Assembly: GCF_009914755.1 (NCBI RefSeq)
Contig: NC_060927.1
Source of the DNA: the human T2T-CHM13v2.0 reference genome, Homo sapiens
Strand: one strand, 5' to 3'
Length of the DNA stretch: 64,000 nt
Shown here: in pieces, positions 60,297 through 64,000 of the stretch
How positions within the stretch are numbered: position 1 is the first letter of the stretch
Layout of the letters: each line of letters starts with the position of its first letter
Made by a program: the position numbers and the translations under genes
Notes under the pieces: model-generated
The model's database searches: none
What the model saw: the letters and a program-made list of their open reading frames with translations, nothing else
What the model was told of the DNA's origin: nothing

Positions 60297-60863
60297 CTGT
60301 TAGACATCCGAAGATCAAGACAGGGATAAAGATTTATTAGGCCAAACCACACAGGACTTATATGTTATGGGCTGTAGGACAGAGCGTATTAAATTATTTC
60401 CCTGATCACACAACTGAATGTAAAAGGCTAAACGTTTCACTGATTGTGGTCAAATATGATTGTTGCTGCAGTAGAGTAAAGGCCCCAAAAGTACCCTTAG
60501 TTAGGTCAGTGACCAAATGTCACTCTATATGATTTTGTTCTTCACGGGCAATGTCTCCAAAGTGCTAAATGTGTGAAACTCCAGCTTGAACCAAGGAATG
60601 AATTTTAGTTTGCTCTTACCCTTTGAATGGATAAGCACATTGAACATGAAAATCTTCTCTCTTCCTTATCAACAAGGCACTAACAGAATTCAGATTTACA
60701 GATCAGACACAGAAATATGGAAAATATTCTTAATGTTAGATCAAATACGGAATTATCCAATAAATAAATATTGAGTTTACAAACCATCTAAACTTTGACT
60801 CTCCTACTTCCCATCTACCAAGGAAGGGAGAAAAGTAAGAAATGGAAGTTAAGCTCAAATTAC

Positions 60864-61031
60864 TCAGGTACTGTTTGTTAATATATCTGGTGACTATCTT
60901 ATGTGAGGGAAAAACTGGAATAATAGGAAAAGGTTTGGTGATTCTACGTAGCTTTTGTGACTGTAGTTCTAGCTCCTAAGTTTTACTTTCCAAATAGCTA
61001 AGGGCTGCTGTTCTCAAAAGAGCTACCCTTT
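60864..61031 (-). pseudogene. Fossil exon, 168 nt, phase 1-1
   Basis: ttcctgaatttag|AAAGGG ... CCTGA|gtaatt. Reads RVALLRTAALSYLESKT*ELELQSQKLRRITKPFPIIPVFPSHKIVTRYINKQYL with a single stop, and joins the next exon in frame. Confidence 0.6.
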
Positions 61032-61419
61032 CTAAATTCAGGAAATAACAATGGAAAGAAATAATTGTTAAATAAAAGTATATGTTGATGTTTACCCTAT
61101 TATATATTATTTTCATTTTATATGTTATATGCACAAAAATTTATTGGTACATATTTCTAAATGTTAAAATCTTGGTTCTCTGGGTGATAGGATCATACAT
61201 CATTTTTATCTTTACATCTATACTTTTGTGCATTTTCTGCTGTTCTGCAACAAGCATGAAATGATTTTATGCTCAGGGAGAAGAAAAAAGCCATCTCCCA
61301 CCACTACGCCCACTTCAAGAAGAAGAATGAAGAGTAAAAGAGGAGAAATATGGTAAAGGAGTCAGCTTTGTACTCTCTGTCTGCTGTTTTTTGCTTCCTC
61401 TCATTTCTGCTTTCCTTAG

Positions 61420-61625
61420 CAGAAGCCAAGAGTGTTTGGGGGGCCTAGGTCTGAGGCCAGCTCCACCTCTGACCAGTGTACCTCCAATTCTCTCCGAGCC
61501 TTGGTTTCCTCTTCTATAGAACGACAATAATAATGGTACTCACAAGAAGTCAAGAAGAAACAGGATAATGCATGTAAAGCTGTTACCATGGCGCCTGGCT
61601 CAAAGAGAATACCCACCAACATTGC
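61420..61625 (+). mobile_element. MIR
   Basis: ctctccgagccttggtttcctcttctatagaacg...ataatgcatgtaaagc. Confidence 0.7.
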
Positions 61626-61689
61626 TGCACTTTTTTTCGCCAGCCTTACCTGATCATAGAAATCTTAAGATTTATAAAATACTTTAAAG

Positions 61690-61904
61690 CAAACTTGTCC
61701 AACCTGCAGCCCACAGGCTGCACACAGCTCAGGACAGCTTAGAATGCAGCCCAACACAAAATCCTAAACTCTCTTAAAACATTATGAGACCTTTTTTTTG
61801 CAATTTTTTTTTAAGCTCATCAGTTGCCGTTAGTGTATTTTATGTGTGGCCCAAGACAATTCTTCCAATGTGGCCCAGGGAAGCCAAAAGATTGGACGCC
61901 GCTG
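61690..61904 (-). mobile_element. MER30 (hAT-Charlie MITE)
   Basis: gtgtggcccaagacaattcttccaatgtggcccagggaagccaaaagattggac. Confidence 0.88.
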
Positions 61905-62040
61905 CTAAAGCTTACAATGAGCTTTAACAAACAGTAATTTAATTTTTAAACTGATAGTAAAAAGCAGAGCTAGAATTCAAACCTCACCTTCCCACATCCT
62001 AGCTCTGATAACCAAACACCACTTTTGAGTTGGATTGAAA

Positions 62041-63135
<1,095 letters not shown>

Positions 63136-63139
63136 TAAA

Positions 63140-63399
63140 TTGACCATTATTTTAAACTAAGAGGAACCTAGAAGCTCTTAAGCAGAGCCCTAGGCTCATC
63201 TTCAAATCACTAAGGTTGGGTTATAAATGGTTTTAGCTTCAGGTAAGGCTACCAAATTAGATCATTGTATTTAAATATACTATGTTGGCAATTCCTATCC
63301 TGCACAATGATGAAGTAGGCTCATAGCTTCAAGTTCCACCATTATTACAGAAAAATTTATTCTATGGAAACGCAACTTAGGGAAAGTCAAGATAGCTTT
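63140..63399 (-). pseudogene. Fossil exon candidate (GT-like module, C-terminal half)
   Basis: Acceptor gtgaattgtag|AAAGCT. Reads KAILTFPKLRFHRINFSVIMVELEAM, then with frameshifts GIANIVYLN, IYNPTL, FEDE. Lower end runs into MER63; donor not located. Confidence 0.4.
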
Positions 63400-63659
63400 C
63401 TACAATTCACAAAAACTATGGAGACATACAAAGAAGTAAGATATGGCTCCTTCCTGCCTCCAAGACAGTTGAGCAGGGAGGACAAACACATAAACCTATA
63501 ATATAAAAGGCACAGCACTGATAGATACAACGTGCTATGGGATGACAAGGAAGAGATCCCATGAGTTTACACTTCAGGTCCTGGTTAATGGCACCAGTCT
63601 CACCTGCCTCAAAAGAAGCAAGGGCAAGGAGGCAGGTTCCAGGGAGAAGGAGAAACCTA

Positions 63660-63915
63660 TAAAGTATGGCATAATAGGAAGAAGGATTCTAGAATCAGGC
63701 AGCCTGTGCTCAAACCCAGACTCTTTCACTAACTGTGTGAACACGTCCAAGTTACTTGGCCTCTCTAAGCCTCTGCTTCTTAATCTAAAAAAGGAGAATA
63801 GTAACTCCTGACCCAGAGCACTGTAGTGAGGATCAAATAAGACAACATCTGTGAAACACTTACCCCAGTGCCCCATAATTCAAAAGTGCTCACTCAATGA
63901 ACATTACCTACTACT
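63660..63915 (+). mobile_element. MIR
   Basis: tctagaatcaggcagcctgtgctcaaaccc...aagttacttggcctctctaagcctctg. Confidence 0.75.
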
Positions 63916-64000
63916 GTGATGGTTGTTGATAGCCTTGAGAGTTGAAATGGCTGACTTTGGGGACTAGGAGGGTGCAGGAACTAGACAGAGGGATTCCAGG

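Overview
Primate (very likely human) AT-rich genomic DNA with no intact protein-coding gene. A large part is interspersed repeat: the 5' end of a minus-strand L1PA at 1-1734, old L1M and L2 pieces, about 14 Alus including a human-specific AluYa5, a 5'-inverted (twin-primed) L1PA at 55.0-59.2 kb, a MER9 solo LTR, MaLR/ERVL LTRs, MIRs and hAT DNA-transposon relics. The main unexplained structure lies in the unique sequence between the repeats. About 20 segments, all on the minus strand and spread from ~63.4 kb to ~2.3 kb, are bounded by canonical AG/GT splice sites. Several join in phase, and they translate into protein-like text broken by stops and frameshifts. This looks like a large intron-containing (unprocessed, probably unitary) pseudogene. 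By-eye comparison with the GREB1/GREB1L C-terminal region as I remember it (TAGT glycosyltransferase-like domain plus C-terminal domain) shows motif-level similarity, apparently in several tandem modules. That family assignment is an inference and needs a profile search. Repeat subfamily calls are by eye and repeat boundaries are approximate unless a TSD is quoted.
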